Below the pieces are notes generated by a model. The model searched no databases. It was not told where the DNA came from and worked only from the letters and a program-made list of their open reading frames with translations. Below, in pieces: positions 1 to 12,002 of a DNA stretch of 64,000 nt. Positions within the stretch are counted from its first letter, which is position 1. The number at the start of each line of letters is the position of its first letter. Source of the DNA: Pseudomonas aeruginosa PAO1 (GTDB lineage Bacteria; Pseudomonadota; Gammaproteobacteria; Pseudomonadales; Pseudomonadaceae); the NCBI RefSeq assembly GCF_000006765.1, contig NC_002516.2; one strand, written 5' to 3'. The position numbers and the translations under genes are program-made.

Positions 1-2781
<2,781 letters not shown>

Positions 2782-2787
2782 CGACGA

Positions 2788-2817
2788 AGGCGCCCGAGAG
2801 GGGCGCCTGGTCTTTTC
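2788..2817 (+). terminator. Rho-independent terminator after sdsA1
   Basis: AGGCGCCC-GAGAG-GGGCGCCT stem followed by GGTCTTTTC, between convergent genes. Confidence 0.7.
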
Positions 2818-3457
2818 AGTAGGCCACGGTGAAGCGCTGGCGATGATGACGGGGCTGCTCGGCCTCGTCGAGCATGGCTACCGCCAGGTCTTCCAGGGAA
2901 ATCCGGCTCTCGCCCTTGGCGTCGAACAGAACCTGGTCGCCGCCGAGGCGGAACTTGCCGCTGCGCTGGCCGGGTTCGAGGAGCATCGCCGGGCTGAGGA
3001 ACACCCAGTCCAGTCGTTGCTCGCCGCGCAGTTGGTCGAGGGCGTCGGCGGCGCCGAGGGCGCCCTGCTTCCACTGCTCGGGGAATTCCGGGCTGTCCAC
3101 CAGGCGCTGGCCGGGGGCGATCTCCAGGCTCCCGGCGCCGCCGAGAACCAGCAGGCGCGGCACGCCGGAGCGTTTCACGCCGTCGAGAATGGCCTGGCTG
3201 CCGGCGGCGTGGCGGGCGCGGAGGTCGGCGCTACCCCAGCCGCCGTTGAAAGCGCTGATGACCACCTCGTGGCCTGCCACGGCGCTGGCCACCTGGGCCG
3301 GGTCGCTGACGTCCGCCTGCACTACGCAGAGGCCGTCGCGCGCCGCCAGCTTGCTCGGGTCGCGGACCAGGGCGGTCACCGCGTGGCCGCGTTGCAGGGC
3401 TTCGTTGAGGAAATAGTGGCCGACGTGGCCGGTGGCGCCGATCAGGGCGATTTTCAT
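2816..3457 (-). CDS. NAD(P)-binding Rossmann oxidoreductase (putative NADH-flavin reductase family), 213 aa
   Basis: MKIALIGATGHVG (GxxGxxG), GGAGSL, and W-x-F-L-S-P motifs. Confidence 0.88.
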   Translation of the reverse strand: MKIALIGATGHVGHYFLNEALQRGHAVTALVRDPSKLAARDGLCVVQADVSDPAQVASAVAGHEVVISAFNGGWGSADLRARHAAGSQAILDGVKRSGVPRLLVLGGAGSLEIAPGQRLVDSPEFPEQWKQGALGAADALDQLRGEQRLDWVFLSPAMLLEPGQRSGKFRLGGDQVLFDAKGESRISLEDLAVAMLDEAEQPRHHRQRFTVAY

Positions 3458-3573
3458 GCTGCACCTTCCGTTCGAGAAATGCCGCAGAGCGGCGTCGATC
3501 AGCATCATCCGCCCTGTGCTCGCCGGGATAAACCGCTGCGCGGGGGGATGCACTCGTTAGCCCAGCTTAATAA

Positions 3574-4218
3574 TCAGACCTCCTCGCTGTCGCTCATCAG
3601 GGTCAGGCTGCGGGCCACGGCGAGGGCGATGAACAGGACCCCGATCACTCCTTCGCTGCCGGCCAGCAGGCGCGCCAGCGGGTTGATCGCCTGGATGTCG
3701 CCGTAGCCCACGGTGGTCAGGGTCACCAGGCTGTAGTAGACGAAGGTATCCAGGCCGAGTGCGCCATGGCTGGCGATGAAGCTGGCCGGCTGCATCTGTT
3801 CGACCATGTAGTAGGCGAGAGCGAAGGCCAGCGCCATCTGCAGGTAGAGCGCGCAGAGTCCGTAGAGCAGCTCGTGGGTCACCGGGCGCTCCTGGGTGAC
3901 GCGGCGGAACAGCGCGGCGAACAGGGTCAGGTACAGCAGGATCAGGCTCAGCCCGCGCAGCAGGCCGGGCGGCAGGCTGGAGTAGGGACTGCTGAAGTCC
4001 GCAGTGGTGTACAGGGCCAGGCTGAACAGGCCGAAGAAGGCCGTCAGGTAGACCAGCGGGCTGCGTCTGCGCAAGGTGTTCATCCCGGCCAGCACCAGCA
4101 GCAGGAGGCTGCCGAGCACCCGTGGCTTGGTGCTCGACGGCAGGCCGAGGATCGCCGTGAACAGCACGGTGGAAAAGAACAGCAGGCGGAAACGGTAACG
4201 CAGCAGCAGGGCGTTCAA
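3574..4218 (-). CDS. Potassium-channel family membrane protein with TVGYGD filter, 214 aa
   Basis: TTG start 6 nt after GAGGAG; several TM helices; TLTTVGYGDI filter at 3697-3714. Confidence 0.85.
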   Translation of the reverse strand: MNALLLRYRFRLLFFSTVLFTAILGLPSSTKPRVLGSLLLLVLAGMNTLRRRSPLVYLTAFFGLFSLALYTTADFSSPYSSLPPGLLRGLSLILLYLTLFAALFRRVTQERPVTHELLYGLCALYLQMALAFALAYYMVEQMQPASFIASHGALGLDTFVYYSLVTLTTVGYGDIQAINPLARLLAGSEGVIGVLFIALAVARSLTLMSDSEEV

Positions 4219-4274
4219 GGCGGGCTCCTCGCATCGTCGAATCGACCAGCCTGGGCGCGGACCCGCCTGCCTGT

Positions 4275-5171
4275 CTATTGGCCTTGTGTCGGATCGAACA
4301 ATTTCTGCACCACGGAAAAGTCCCGCTCCGCATAGCCCTGCTTCAGCAACAGGCGGTACAGGCTCAGCGCCAGGCTGCCCATCGGCGTGCTGCTGGCGCT
4401 GGCCTGGGCGGCTTCCTGGGCCAGGCCGAGGTCCTTGGCCATCAACTGGGCCATGAAGCCGCCGCTGTAGTCGCGCGACGCCGGAGCGTTCTCCATCACC
4501 CCCGGCCAGGGGTTGTAGACTTCCAGCGCCCAGTTGCCGCCGGAGCTGCGGCGCATGATCTCGGCCAGCACCTTCGCCTCGAGGCCGTTGGCCACGCCCA
4601 GGGCCATGGCTTCTGCGGTACCGATCATCAGCACCGCGAGGAGTTGGTTGTTGCACACCTTGGCGACCTGGCCGGCGCCGTCGGGGCCGGCATGGAAGAT
4701 GTTGCGACCCATGGCCTCGAACAGCGGCCGGGCCTTCTCCAGGGCTTCGGCGTCGCCGCCGACCATGAAGGTCAGGGTGCCGGCTGCCGCGCCGGCAGTG
4801 CCGCCGGACACCGGCGCGTCGAGCATCGCCAGGCCGCGCTCGCGGGCGGCGGCGTGGATCTTGCGCGCCGAGGTCGGGGCGATGGTCGAGCATTCCAGCA
4901 CCAGGGTGCCGGGGGCGATGTGCGCGAGCAGGCCATCGTCGTCGAGGTACAGGCCTTCGACGTGCTGGCTGGCCGGCAGCATGCTGATGACCACGTCGGC
5001 GCCCTGCACCGCGTCGCGGGCGCTGCGGGCGGCGCTGGCGCCGGCGGCGACCAGGCCGTCGACGGCGCTCTGCACCAGGTCGAAGACGTTCAGCAGGTAG
5101 CCGGCCTTGAGCAGGTTGGTGGCCATCGGCGCGCCCATGTGGCCGAGGCCGATGAAGGCGATCTGTTTCAT
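4275..5171 (-). CDS. 3-hydroxyisobutyrate dehydrogenase-family enzyme (PA0743, reported as L-serine dehydrogenase)
   Basis: GLGHMG nucleotide-binding motif, DAPVSGG, and catalytic KVCNN. Confidence 0.93.
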   Translation of the reverse strand: MKQIAFIGLGHMGAPMATNLLKAGYLLNVFDLVQSAVDGLVAAGASAARSARDAVQGADVVISMLPASQHVEGLYLDDDGLLAHIAPGTLVLECSTIAPTSARKIHAAARERGLAMLDAPVSGGTAGAAAGTLTFMVGGDAEALEKARPLFEAMGRNIFHAGPDGAGQVAKVCNNQLLAVLMIGTAEAMALGVANGLEAKVLAEIMRRSSGGNWALEVYNPWPGVMENAPASRDYSGGFMAQLMAKDLGLAQEAAQASASSTPMGSLALSLYRLLLKQGYAERDFSVVQKLFDPTQGQ

Positions 5172-5282
5172 GGAGCTCCTCCTATGGTGGCCGCGAGGCC
5201 TCTTGGGGATGCTGTGAAACAGCTTAGACGCTATGGACGTGGCGGGCCCGCGCCCTCCTTCGGCAGAGGGCGGCGCGGCGGA

Positions 5283-6386
5283 TCAGAGCCCCGCCAGCGG
5301 ATGCTCGCCCTCCCAGGTCGGCTCGAAGTGCGCCTCGATCACCGCCTGCGGGATCGATTCCACCTGCGGCCAATGCCAGTTCGGTGCGTTGTCGCGATCG
5401 ATCAGCCTTGCGCGTACCCCCTCGGCGAAGTCCGGATGGCGCGTGCAGTTCAGGCTCATGGCGTATTCCAGGCGGAACACCTCGGCCAGCGACAGGTAGC
5501 GCGCACGCTCGATCTGCTGCCAGACCAGATGCGCGGTCATCGGGCAGCCCTCGGCCAGGGTCTTCGCGCCACGCGCAAGCAGCGGGTCGGCGTCGTCGCG
5601 CAGCGCCACCAGCGCCTGCCAGGCGCTCGCCAGGTCCGGCTGGTCGAGCAGTGCGTCCAGGCGCGGCCGGCGCGGGAGCAACTGGGCCTCCGGCAGTTCG
5701 CCGCGGGCCTCGTGTTCGAGGGCGCGAAGCAGGCTGTGAAGTTGCACCTGGGGCGACTCGTTCCAGTTCATCTGCACCAGGCCGGCGAGCAGGGCGTCCT
5801 GCTGGTCGTCGAGAAGGAAGCGGTCGGCCAGGTCGAGGTCGAGAGCGTCGCGGGCGTTCATCTGCGCCGCGCTCAGGCCGAGGAACAGGCCGAGCCTGCC
5901 GGGCAGGCGGGCGAGGAACCAGCTGGCGCCGACGTCTGGGTACAGGCCGATGCCGATCTCCGGCATCGCCAGGCGGCTGGACGGGGTGACGATGCGAATC
6001 CCGGCACCCTGCATCAGCCCCATGCCGCCGCCCATCACATAGCCGTGGGCCCAGCAGATGAAGGGTTTCGGGTAGGTGTGGATGCGGTAGTCGAGGCGGT
6101 ATTCATCGGCGAAGAAGCGTCGCGCCAGGGCCGGTACCTCGCCGGGTTGCTCACGGCAGGCGTCCACCAGCTTGCGCACGTCGCCGCCGGCGCAAAAGGC
6201 CTTGGCGCCGTTGCCGCGCAACAGCACGCAGGCGATGCCGGCGTCCTCGGCCCAGGCGTCGAGTTTCGCCGCCAGGGCCTCGATCATCGGCAGGGACAGG
6301 GCGTTCAGGCTCTTTTCCGCATCCAGGGTGGCAATGCCGATGCGGAAGCCATGCAGGCTCGGGCGTTCTTCGAAAAGCACGTTCAT
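5283..6386 (-). CDS. Crotonase-family enzyme, 3-hydroxyisobutyryl-CoA hydrolase-like, 367 aa
   Basis: AFCAGGD, YVMGGGMG, AMPEIGIGLYPDVG, and C-terminal DFAEGVRARLID. Confidence 0.9.
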   Translation of the reverse strand: MNVLFEERPSLHGFRIGIATLDAEKSLNALSLPMIEALAAKLDAWAEDAGIACVLLRGNGAKAFCAGGDVRKLVDACREQPGEVPALARRFFADEYRLDYRIHTYPKPFICWAHGYVMGGGMGLMQGAGIRIVTPSSRLAMPEIGIGLYPDVGASWFLARLPGRLGLFLGLSAAQMNARDALDLDLADRFLLDDQQDALLAGLVQMNWNESPQVQLHSLLRALEHEARGELPEAQLLPRRPRLDALLDQPDLASAWQALVALRDDADPLLARGAKTLAEGCPMTAHLVWQQIERARYLSLAEVFRLEYAMSLNCTRHPDFAEGVRARLIDRDNAPNWHWPQVESIPQAVIEAHFEPTWEGEHPLAGL

Positions 6387-6444
6387 GTCGGGGCTCTCGG
6401 CTCGGGCGGGCTGTGGCGCAGCCCGCCGGGTTCGATGGGAAGGC

Positions 6445-7263
6445 TCAGCAGTTGCGCCACTTGGGATCGCGCTTCTCGAGGAAGGCGTTGACCCCTTCGC
6501 GGGTGTCCTGGGCGTCGAACAGATCGACGAAGCGCTCGCGCTCCTCCGGCAGCCAAGTGTTCGGCGCGCGTTCGCGGGCACCCTGGATCAGCGGCTTGAT
6601 GGTGCGGATCGCCACCGGGCTCTGGCGTGCCACCTTGGCCGCCAGCAGCAGGGCGGCGCCGCGCGCCTCGCCGCTGTCCACCACCTGTTCGACCAGGCCG
6701 ATGCGCAGGGCGGTTTCCGCATCCACCCGCTCGTTGCAGAGGATCATCCGCTTGGCCCAGCCTTCGCCCACCAGCCAGGGCAGCGCCTGGGTCCCGCCGG
6801 CGCAGGGCAGCAGGCCCACCGCGGCCTCCGGCAGGGCCATCTGCGCCTGGCGCTCGGCGATGCGGATGTCGCAGGCGAGGGCGCACTCCAGGCCGCCGCC
6901 CATGGCGTAGCCGTTGATCGCCGCGATCGACACCCCGCGGAAATCGCGCAGCGCCTCGAAGGCTTCGCCGAAGCGGCGGGCCATCTCGCGAGCGCGGGCC
7001 TTGTCGCCGTCGGCGAACATGTTCAGGTCGGCGCCGGCGGAGAAGAACTTCGGCCCCTGGCCGGTCACTACCAGGGCGTAGATATCGTCGTCGCGGTTGA
7101 GGTGCTCGATCAGTTGGCGCAGGCCGATCAGCGAGTCGCGGTCCCAGGTGTTGGCCGGCGGGTGGTTGATGGTGATCAGCGCGGTGTGCCCGTGCTTTTC
7201 CACGGTGAGCTTGTGGGTCAGGTCGAAGGAGGAAGCCTTGTAGGGTTCGACGGCAGTGTTCAT
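6445..7263 (-). CDS. dspI: Enoyl-CoA hydratase DspI (implicated in cis-2-decenoic acid dispersion signal), 272 aa
   Basis: FSAGADL, GGGLECALACD and LPEAAVGLLP crotonase motifs; position matches PA0745 as recalled. Confidence 0.88.
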   Translation of the reverse strand: MNTAVEPYKASSFDLTHKLTVEKHGHTALITINHPPANTWDRDSLIGLRQLIEHLNRDDDIYALVVTGQGPKFFSAGADLNMFADGDKARAREMARRFGEAFEALRDFRGVSIAAINGYAMGGGLECALACDIRIAERQAQMALPEAAVGLLPCAGGTQALPWLVGEGWAKRMILCNERVDAETALRIGLVEQVVDSGEARGAALLLAAKVARQSPVAIRTIKPLIQGARERAPNTWLPEERERFVDLFDAQDTREGVNAFLEKRDPKWRNC

Positions 7264-7328
7264 GAAGTCCCTCACTGGATCATGGGCCGGGGCGTCCCGG
7301 CACTATCGGATGCGATGGTTCGCGGCGT

Positions 7329-8492
7329 TCACAGCAGGCGATCGAGCATGCCGCCCTGCTCCAGCAGGCGGCGGGCGACGATCACCCGCATGATTTCGTT
7401 GGTGCCTTCGAGGATCTGGTGCACGCGGGTGTCGCGTACCCAGCGCTCCAGCGGATAATCGTTGAGATAGCCGTAGCCGCCGTGCAGTTGCAAGGCCTCG
7501 TTGCAGACATCGAAGCAGCGGTCGGTGGCGAAGCGCTTGGCCATTGCGCAGTACAGGGTCGCCTCGGCGTCGCCGCGGTCCAGCCGATGGGCGCCGAGGC
7601 GGACCATCTGGCGGCTGGCGGTGAGTTCGGTGAGCATGTCGGCGAGCTTGAACTGCAAGGCCTGGAAGGTCGCCAGCGGCTTGCCGAACTGCTCGCGCTC
7701 CTCGACGTAGCGCATCGACTGCTCCAGCGCCGCCTGGGCGGCGCCCAGGGAACAACTGGCGATGTTCAGGCGGCCGCCGTCGAGGCCTTTCATGGCATAG
7801 ACGAAGCCTTGGCCCTCCGGGCCGATGCGGTTGCCGGCGGGGATGCGCACGCCTTCGAAGGTGATGGTGCGGGTCGGCTGCGCGCGCCAGCCCATCTTGT
7901 CCTCGTTGCGGCCGTAGCGGATGCCGGGCGCGTCGGCCGGTACCAGGAAGCAGGAGATGCCCCTGGCGCCGTCCTCGCCGGTGCGCGCCATGACGATCAG
8001 CACCTGGGTGCTGCCGGCGCCGGAAATGAAGCACTTGCTGCCGTCCAGCACGTATTCGTCGCCCTCGCGGCGGGCGCGGGTGCGCAGGCGCGCGGCGTCG
8101 GAGCCGGCATCGGGCTCGGTCAGGCAATAGGAGGCGAGCGACTCGCCGCCGATCAGGCCGGGCAGCCAGGCCTCCTTCAGCGCCGCGTCGCCGAACGAGG
8201 CGAGCATCCAGGCGGCCATGTTGTGGATGCTGATGTAGGCGGTAGTGGCCACGCAGCCGGCGGCCAGTTGCTCGAAGATCAGCGAAGTGGACAGCCGCGA
8301 CAGGCCCAGGCCGCCGTCTTCCTCGGCGATGTACAGGCCGAGGTAGCCCTGTTCGGCGGCGGCGCGGATGACTTCCACCGGGAAGTGATGGTCGCGGTCC
8401 CAGTCGGCCGCCTTCGGCGCCAGTTCGTGGCGGGCGAAGGCGCGGGCGCTCTCCACCAGCAGGCGTTGTTCTTCGGTGAGGTCGAAATCCAT
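7329..8492 (-). CDS. Acyl-CoA dehydrogenase (isobutyryl-CoA dehydrogenase-like), 387 aa
   Basis: YCLTEPDAGSD, GSKCFISG, QLHGGYGY, and ILEGTNEI motifs. Confidence 0.93.
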   Translation of the reverse strand: MDFDLTEEQRLLVESARAFARHELAPKAADWDRDHHFPVEVIRAAAEQGYLGLYIAEEDGGLGLSRLSTSLIFEQLAAGCVATTAYISIHNMAAWMLASFGDAALKEAWLPGLIGGESLASYCLTEPDAGSDAARLRTRARREGDEYVLDGSKCFISGAGSTQVLIVMARTGEDGARGISCFLVPADAPGIRYGRNEDKMGWRAQPTRTITFEGVRIPAGNRIGPEGQGFVYAMKGLDGGRLNIASCSLGAAQAALEQSMRYVEEREQFGKPLATFQALQFKLADMLTELTASRQMVRLGAHRLDRGDAEATLYCAMAKRFATDRCFDVCNEALQLHGGYGYLNDYPLERWVRDTRVHQILEGTNEIMRVIVARRLLEQGGMLDRLL

Positions 8493-8503
8493 AGGTCCTC
8501 GGG

Positions 8504-10012
8504 TCACTTGAGATGGATGGTCATGTTCGGGCCGGCCGACGATTCGTCGGTCGTCGGTTCATCGTCGAACCAGCGGCTGGTGACGGTCTTGGTCTCGGTA
8601 TAGAAGCGCACCGCCTGCTTGCCGTAGGCGTGCAGGTCGCCGTAGAAGGAACCCTTCCAGCCGGTGAAGGAGAAGAACGGCAGCGGTACCGGGATCGGCA
8701 CGTTGATACCCACCTGGCCGACCTGCACCGCGTGCTGGTAGCGCCGAGCGGCGCCGCCGGAGCGGGTGAACAGGCTTGTTCCATTGCCATAGGGGTTGGC
8801 GTTGACCAGGGCGATGGCCTCTTCCAGGCTTTCCACCTCCAGGCAGGCCAGCACCGGGCCGAAGATTTCCTCGCGGTACAGGCCCATCTTCGGCGTCACT
8901 GCGCGGAACAGGGTGGGACCGAGCCAGTTGCCGTTGGGATAGCCTTCGACCTGGCACTGCGAGCCGTCGAGCAGGCACTCGGCGCCTTCCGCCTTGCCTT
9001 CGGCGATCAGGCGCAGCACGCGCTGGCGCGCCTGCGGGCTGATCAGCGGACCATAGGCGGCGTCCGGGTCCTGCCAGTGGCCGGGGCGCAGGACGGCCAT
9101 CCGCTCGGCCAGTTCGGGAATCCACTCGCGCGCCGCGCCGACGAACACCGCCGCGCTGATCGCCATGCAGCGCTGGCCGGCGGCGCCGCAACTGGCGCCG
9201 ACCAGGTTGCCGAGAACCTGGGCCTTGTTCGCGTCGGGGAGGATCACCATGTGGTTCTTCGCCCCGGCAAAGGCCTGCACCCGCTTCAGGTGCGCGGTGC
9301 CGGTGCGGTACACGTGCTGGCCGACGGCGACCGAGCCGACGAAGGAAATCGCCCGGATGTCCGGGTGGGTAAGGAGGGCATCGACCTGCTCGCGGCCGCC
9401 ATGAATCACCTGCAGCACGCCCTTCGGCGCGCCGGCCTCGAGGAACAGCTCGGCGAGGCGGTTGGGTGTCAGCGGATCCTGTTCGGAGGGCTTGAGGACG
9501 AAGGTGTTGCCGCAGGCGATGGCCAGCGGGAACATCCACAGCGGGATCATCGCCGGGAAATTGAACGGGGTGATCCCGGCGCACACACCGAGGGGCTGGA
9601 TCCAACTGGCGGTGTCGATCTCGCGGGCGACGTTTTCCACCGTCTCGCCCATCATCAGACTGGCCACGTTGGCGGCGTGTTCGACCACCTCGATGCCGCG
9701 CCACACGTCGCCCTTGGCATCGGCGAGGTTCTTGCCGGTCTCCCGGGCCAGCAGTTCGCCGAGTTCGTCGTGGTGTTCCTTGAGCAGGTGCTGGTAGCGC
9801 AGCATCAACCGCGCTCGCTCGGGAGCCGGGACTTCGCGCCAGGTCTCGAAGGCGCGCTGGGCGCTGGCGATGGCCTGCTCGATCTCGTCGGCGGTGGCCT
9901 TCGGCGCCAGCGCGAGGACGTCCTGGGTCGCCGGATCGGTGACTTCGACCAGCTCGCGGGAACGGCTGCCGCGCCATTCGCCGTCGATCAGCTGGGGGAT
10001 TGCCTTGGCCAT
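8504..10012 (-). CDS. CoA-acylating methylmalonate-semialdehyde dehydrogenase (MmsA paralog), 502 aa
   Basis: [18 protein letters not shown], catalytic GQRCMA, and EEIFGPV. Confidence 0.93.
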   Translation of the reverse strand: MAKAIPQLIDGEWRGSRSRELVEVTDPATQDVLALAPKATADEIEQAIASAQRAFETWREVPAPERARLMLRYQHLLKEHHDELGELLARETGKNLADAKGDVWRGIEVVEHAANVASLMMGETVENVAREIDTASWIQPLGVCAGITPFNFPAMIPLWMFPLAIACGNTFVLKPSEQDPLTPNRLAELFLEAGAPKGVLQVIHGGREQVDALLTHPDIRAISFVGSVAVGQHVYRTGTAHLKRVQAFAGAKNHMVILPDANKAQVLGNLVGASCGAAGQRCMAISAAVFVGAAREWIPELAERMAVLRPGHWQDPDAAYGPLISPQARQRVLRLIAEGKAEGAECLLDGSQCQVEGYPNGNWLGPTLFRAVTPKMGLYREEIFGPVLACLEVESLEEAIALVNANPYGNGTSLFTRSGGAARRYQHAVQVGQVGINVPIPVPLPFFSFTGWKGSFYGDLHAYGKQAVRFYTETKTVTSRWFDDEPTTDESSAGPNMTIHLK

Positions 10013-10055
10013 CGTCGCCTCCGCTTCCCGGTGGACCGGGATGTTGTTTTGAGTC

Positions 10056-10084
10056 GTTATAGCCGGCCGCAAGCCGCCTGTGGA
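10056..10084 (-). promoter_or_regulatory. Putative sigma70 promoter of the catabolic operon (-35 TCCACA, N17, -10 TATAAC)
   Basis: On the minus strand, TCCACA is at 10084-10079 and TATAAC at 10061-10056. Confidence 0.55.
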
Positions 10085-10117
10085 TTGACGATCTTGCGCA
10101 AGGGATGGACGATCTTG
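10082..10117. promoter_or_regulatory. AraC-type tandem operator (direct repeats, 21-bp period)
   Basis: GGATTGACGATCTTG (10082-10096) and GGATGGACGATCTTG (10103-10117) are 14/15 identical. Confidence 0.65.
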
Positions 10118-10144
10118 GGATTCAGACTACCGAGTCGCGTCGCC

Positions 10145-11025
10145 GTGAAGCGTTCCGTACAGACCTCCGCCTGGCCCCTGCCCAACCAGGGGGTGCGTTT
10201 CATCACGCCGCCCCGCCTGCGTCGTGCCCTGGCCCGCCATCCGCTCGGCCAGGCCTGCTACCCGCTGGCCCTCGGTTACTATCCGGAGGCGCATGGCCAC
10301 CACATGCAGCGGCGCGCGCCGGACGACAACCTGTTGATCTACTGCCGGGCCGGACGCGGCTGGCTGGAGTGTGCCGGCGAGCGCGTCGAGGTCGGCGGCG
10401 GCGACCTGCTGGTCCTGCCCAAGGGCCGGGAACATGCCTACGGCGCCGACTCGCAGCGGCCCTGGAGCATCTACTGGGTACATTTCGAAGGCGGACTGGC
10501 GGAGGATTTCCTGCGTCCGCTGGGCAGCGCCCGCGCCTGCGCCTGGGCATGCAGCCGCGCCTGCTGGCGGAGTTCGATGCGCTGCTGGCGCTGCGTCGCC
10601 AGGGCCTCAGCCTGCCGCACTTCATCCATGCCGCGCACCTGTTGCAGGGCCTGCTCACCTCGCTGGCGGTGCGTCCGGCGCGGGCCAGCCTGAAATCCGG
10701 ACGGGTGCTGGACATCGACGCGGTGCAGGCGCTGATGCGCGCGCACCTGCACGACAGCCTCAACCTCGACGAGCTGGCGGCGCAGTTCAAGCTGTCGCGC
10801 TTCCATTTCGCCAAGACCTATCGCGCCCTGACCGGCCAGGCGCCGATCCAGGATTTCATCCAGATGAAGATGGCCCATGCCTGCCGCCTGCTCGACGAGG
10901 GCGCGCTGGAGGTGCGGCAGATCGCCGAGCAGCTCGGCTACGCCGATCCCTATTATTTCTCGCGGCTGTTCCGCAAGGTGGTGGGCATGGCGCCCAGTCA
11001 CTACCGGGCGCTGCACCAGGGCTAG
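10145..11025 (+). pseudogene. AraC/MmsR-like activator with a 1-bp frameshift near 10529-10530 (PA0748-like)
   Basis: The cupin domain (VKRSVQTSAWPLP...WSIYWVHF) reads in one frame up to ...LRPLGS. The HTH domain (PRLRLGMQ...YFSRLFRK) continues in another frame. The span is 881 bp; adding one base gives a 293-aa protein. Confidence 0.9.
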
Positions 11026-11081
11026 TGCTCCGGGCATAATGCTGCATCCTGCCCGTGGGCCGAGACCGACAAGGATCGTCG

Positions 11082-11903
11082 ATGCGCAAACCCCTATCGC
11101 TCTACCACCCCTGGCTCTACTGGCTGCGGGTCTGGCAACGACGTCTCTGGCGGCACTGCCGCTGGCGTCTTGGCGGCCGTCGCTACGTGCGGTTGCCATC
11201 GGTCGACGAGCGCCTGCCGTACCGCTACATCAAGCACACCTCGAAGTTGATCCGCCGCCTCGGCGACAGCGACCTCGCCCTGCAACGCAACAAGGTGGTC
11301 AACCTGCGCCTGGCGGTGGACTGCATGAACGGCGTGAGCATCGGCCCCGGGGAGTACTTCTCGTTCTGCCGGCTGGTCGGTCGGCCCAGCGCCCGGCGTG
11401 GCTTCGTCGAAGGTATGGAGTTGTCCTTCGGCGAGGCGCGCAGCGGAATCGGCGGCGGCATCTGCCAACTGAGCAACCTGATCCACTGGATGGCCCTGCA
11501 TTCCCCGCTGCGCGTGGTGGAGCGGGCCAACCACAGCTTCGACCCGTTTCCCGACGAGGGACGGATCCTGCCGTTCGGCTCGGGCGCGGCGATCTTCTAC
11601 AACTTCATCGACCTGGTGCTGCACAATCCGACGGCGGATACCTTCCAGCTGCGCTTCCATATCGCCGCCCACCAACTGGAAGGCGAACTGCTGTGCAGCG
11701 CGCCGCGCCCTGTGCGCTACCACGTCTACGAGAGGGCCCAGCGCTTTGTCCGCGACGGCGATGCGGTGCTGAGGCTCAACGAGATCTGGCGCGACATCCG
11801 GGAAAAGGGCCAGGCCGGCACCCTGCTGGCCAGCGAGTGCCTGTACCGCAACCGGGTGCGCGTGAAGTATCCGGTGGAAGAGGCCCGCCTGTCCCGAGAT
11901 TGA
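11082..11903 (+). CDS. VanW-like domain protein, 273 aa
   Basis: GIGGGICQLSN and ERANHS motifs; AAGGA RBS. Confidence 0.85.
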   Translation: MRKPLSLYHPWLYWLRVWQRRLWRHCRWRLGGRRYVRLPSVDERLPYRYIKHTSKLIRRLGDSDLALQRNKVVNLRLAVDCMNGVSIGPGEYFSFCRLVGRPSARRGFVEGMELSFGEARSGIGGGICQLSNLIHWMALHSPLRVVERANHSFDPFPDEGRILPFGSGAAIFYNFIDLVLHNPTADTFQLRFHIAAHQLEGELLCSAPRPVRYHVYERAQRFVRDGDAVLRLNEIWRDIREKGQAGTLLASECLYRNRVRVKYPVEEARLSRD

Positions 11904-11928
11904 CAAGCGCGGCGGGCTTTTCTACGGT
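11900..11928 (+). promoter_or_regulatory. Putative sigma70 promoter of ung
   Basis: TTGACA (11900-11905), N17, TACGGT (11923-11928). Confidence 0.5.
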
Positions 11929-12002
11929 TCCGCGGCCACAGGCTGTCGGCGACCTTCTGAAAAAGGCCGGACGACTTTTTCAGTACCGAGACAGGGGGTT
12001 CC

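Noticed and set aside
3503-3516. CATCATCCGCCCTG, resembling a REP half
   Set aside because: It is a single degenerate arm without the GTAG end or a partner arm.
4219-4893. 439-aa version of the K+ channel ORF
   Set aside because: The upstream part is an alternative frame of the dehydrogenase gene; an RBS supports the TTG at 4218.
10105-10530. ATG 10105 (MDDLGIQ...) as the start of an intact 306-aa AraC protein
   Set aside because: Its first roughly 140 aa are non-homologous-looking; the real cupin domain is in the other frame, so the ORF is a frameshift artefact.
10515-10545. Programmed ribosomal frameshift rescuing the AraC gene
   Set aside because: No slippery heptamer or homopolymer run is present at the junction; a simple 1-bp deletion is more parsimonious.
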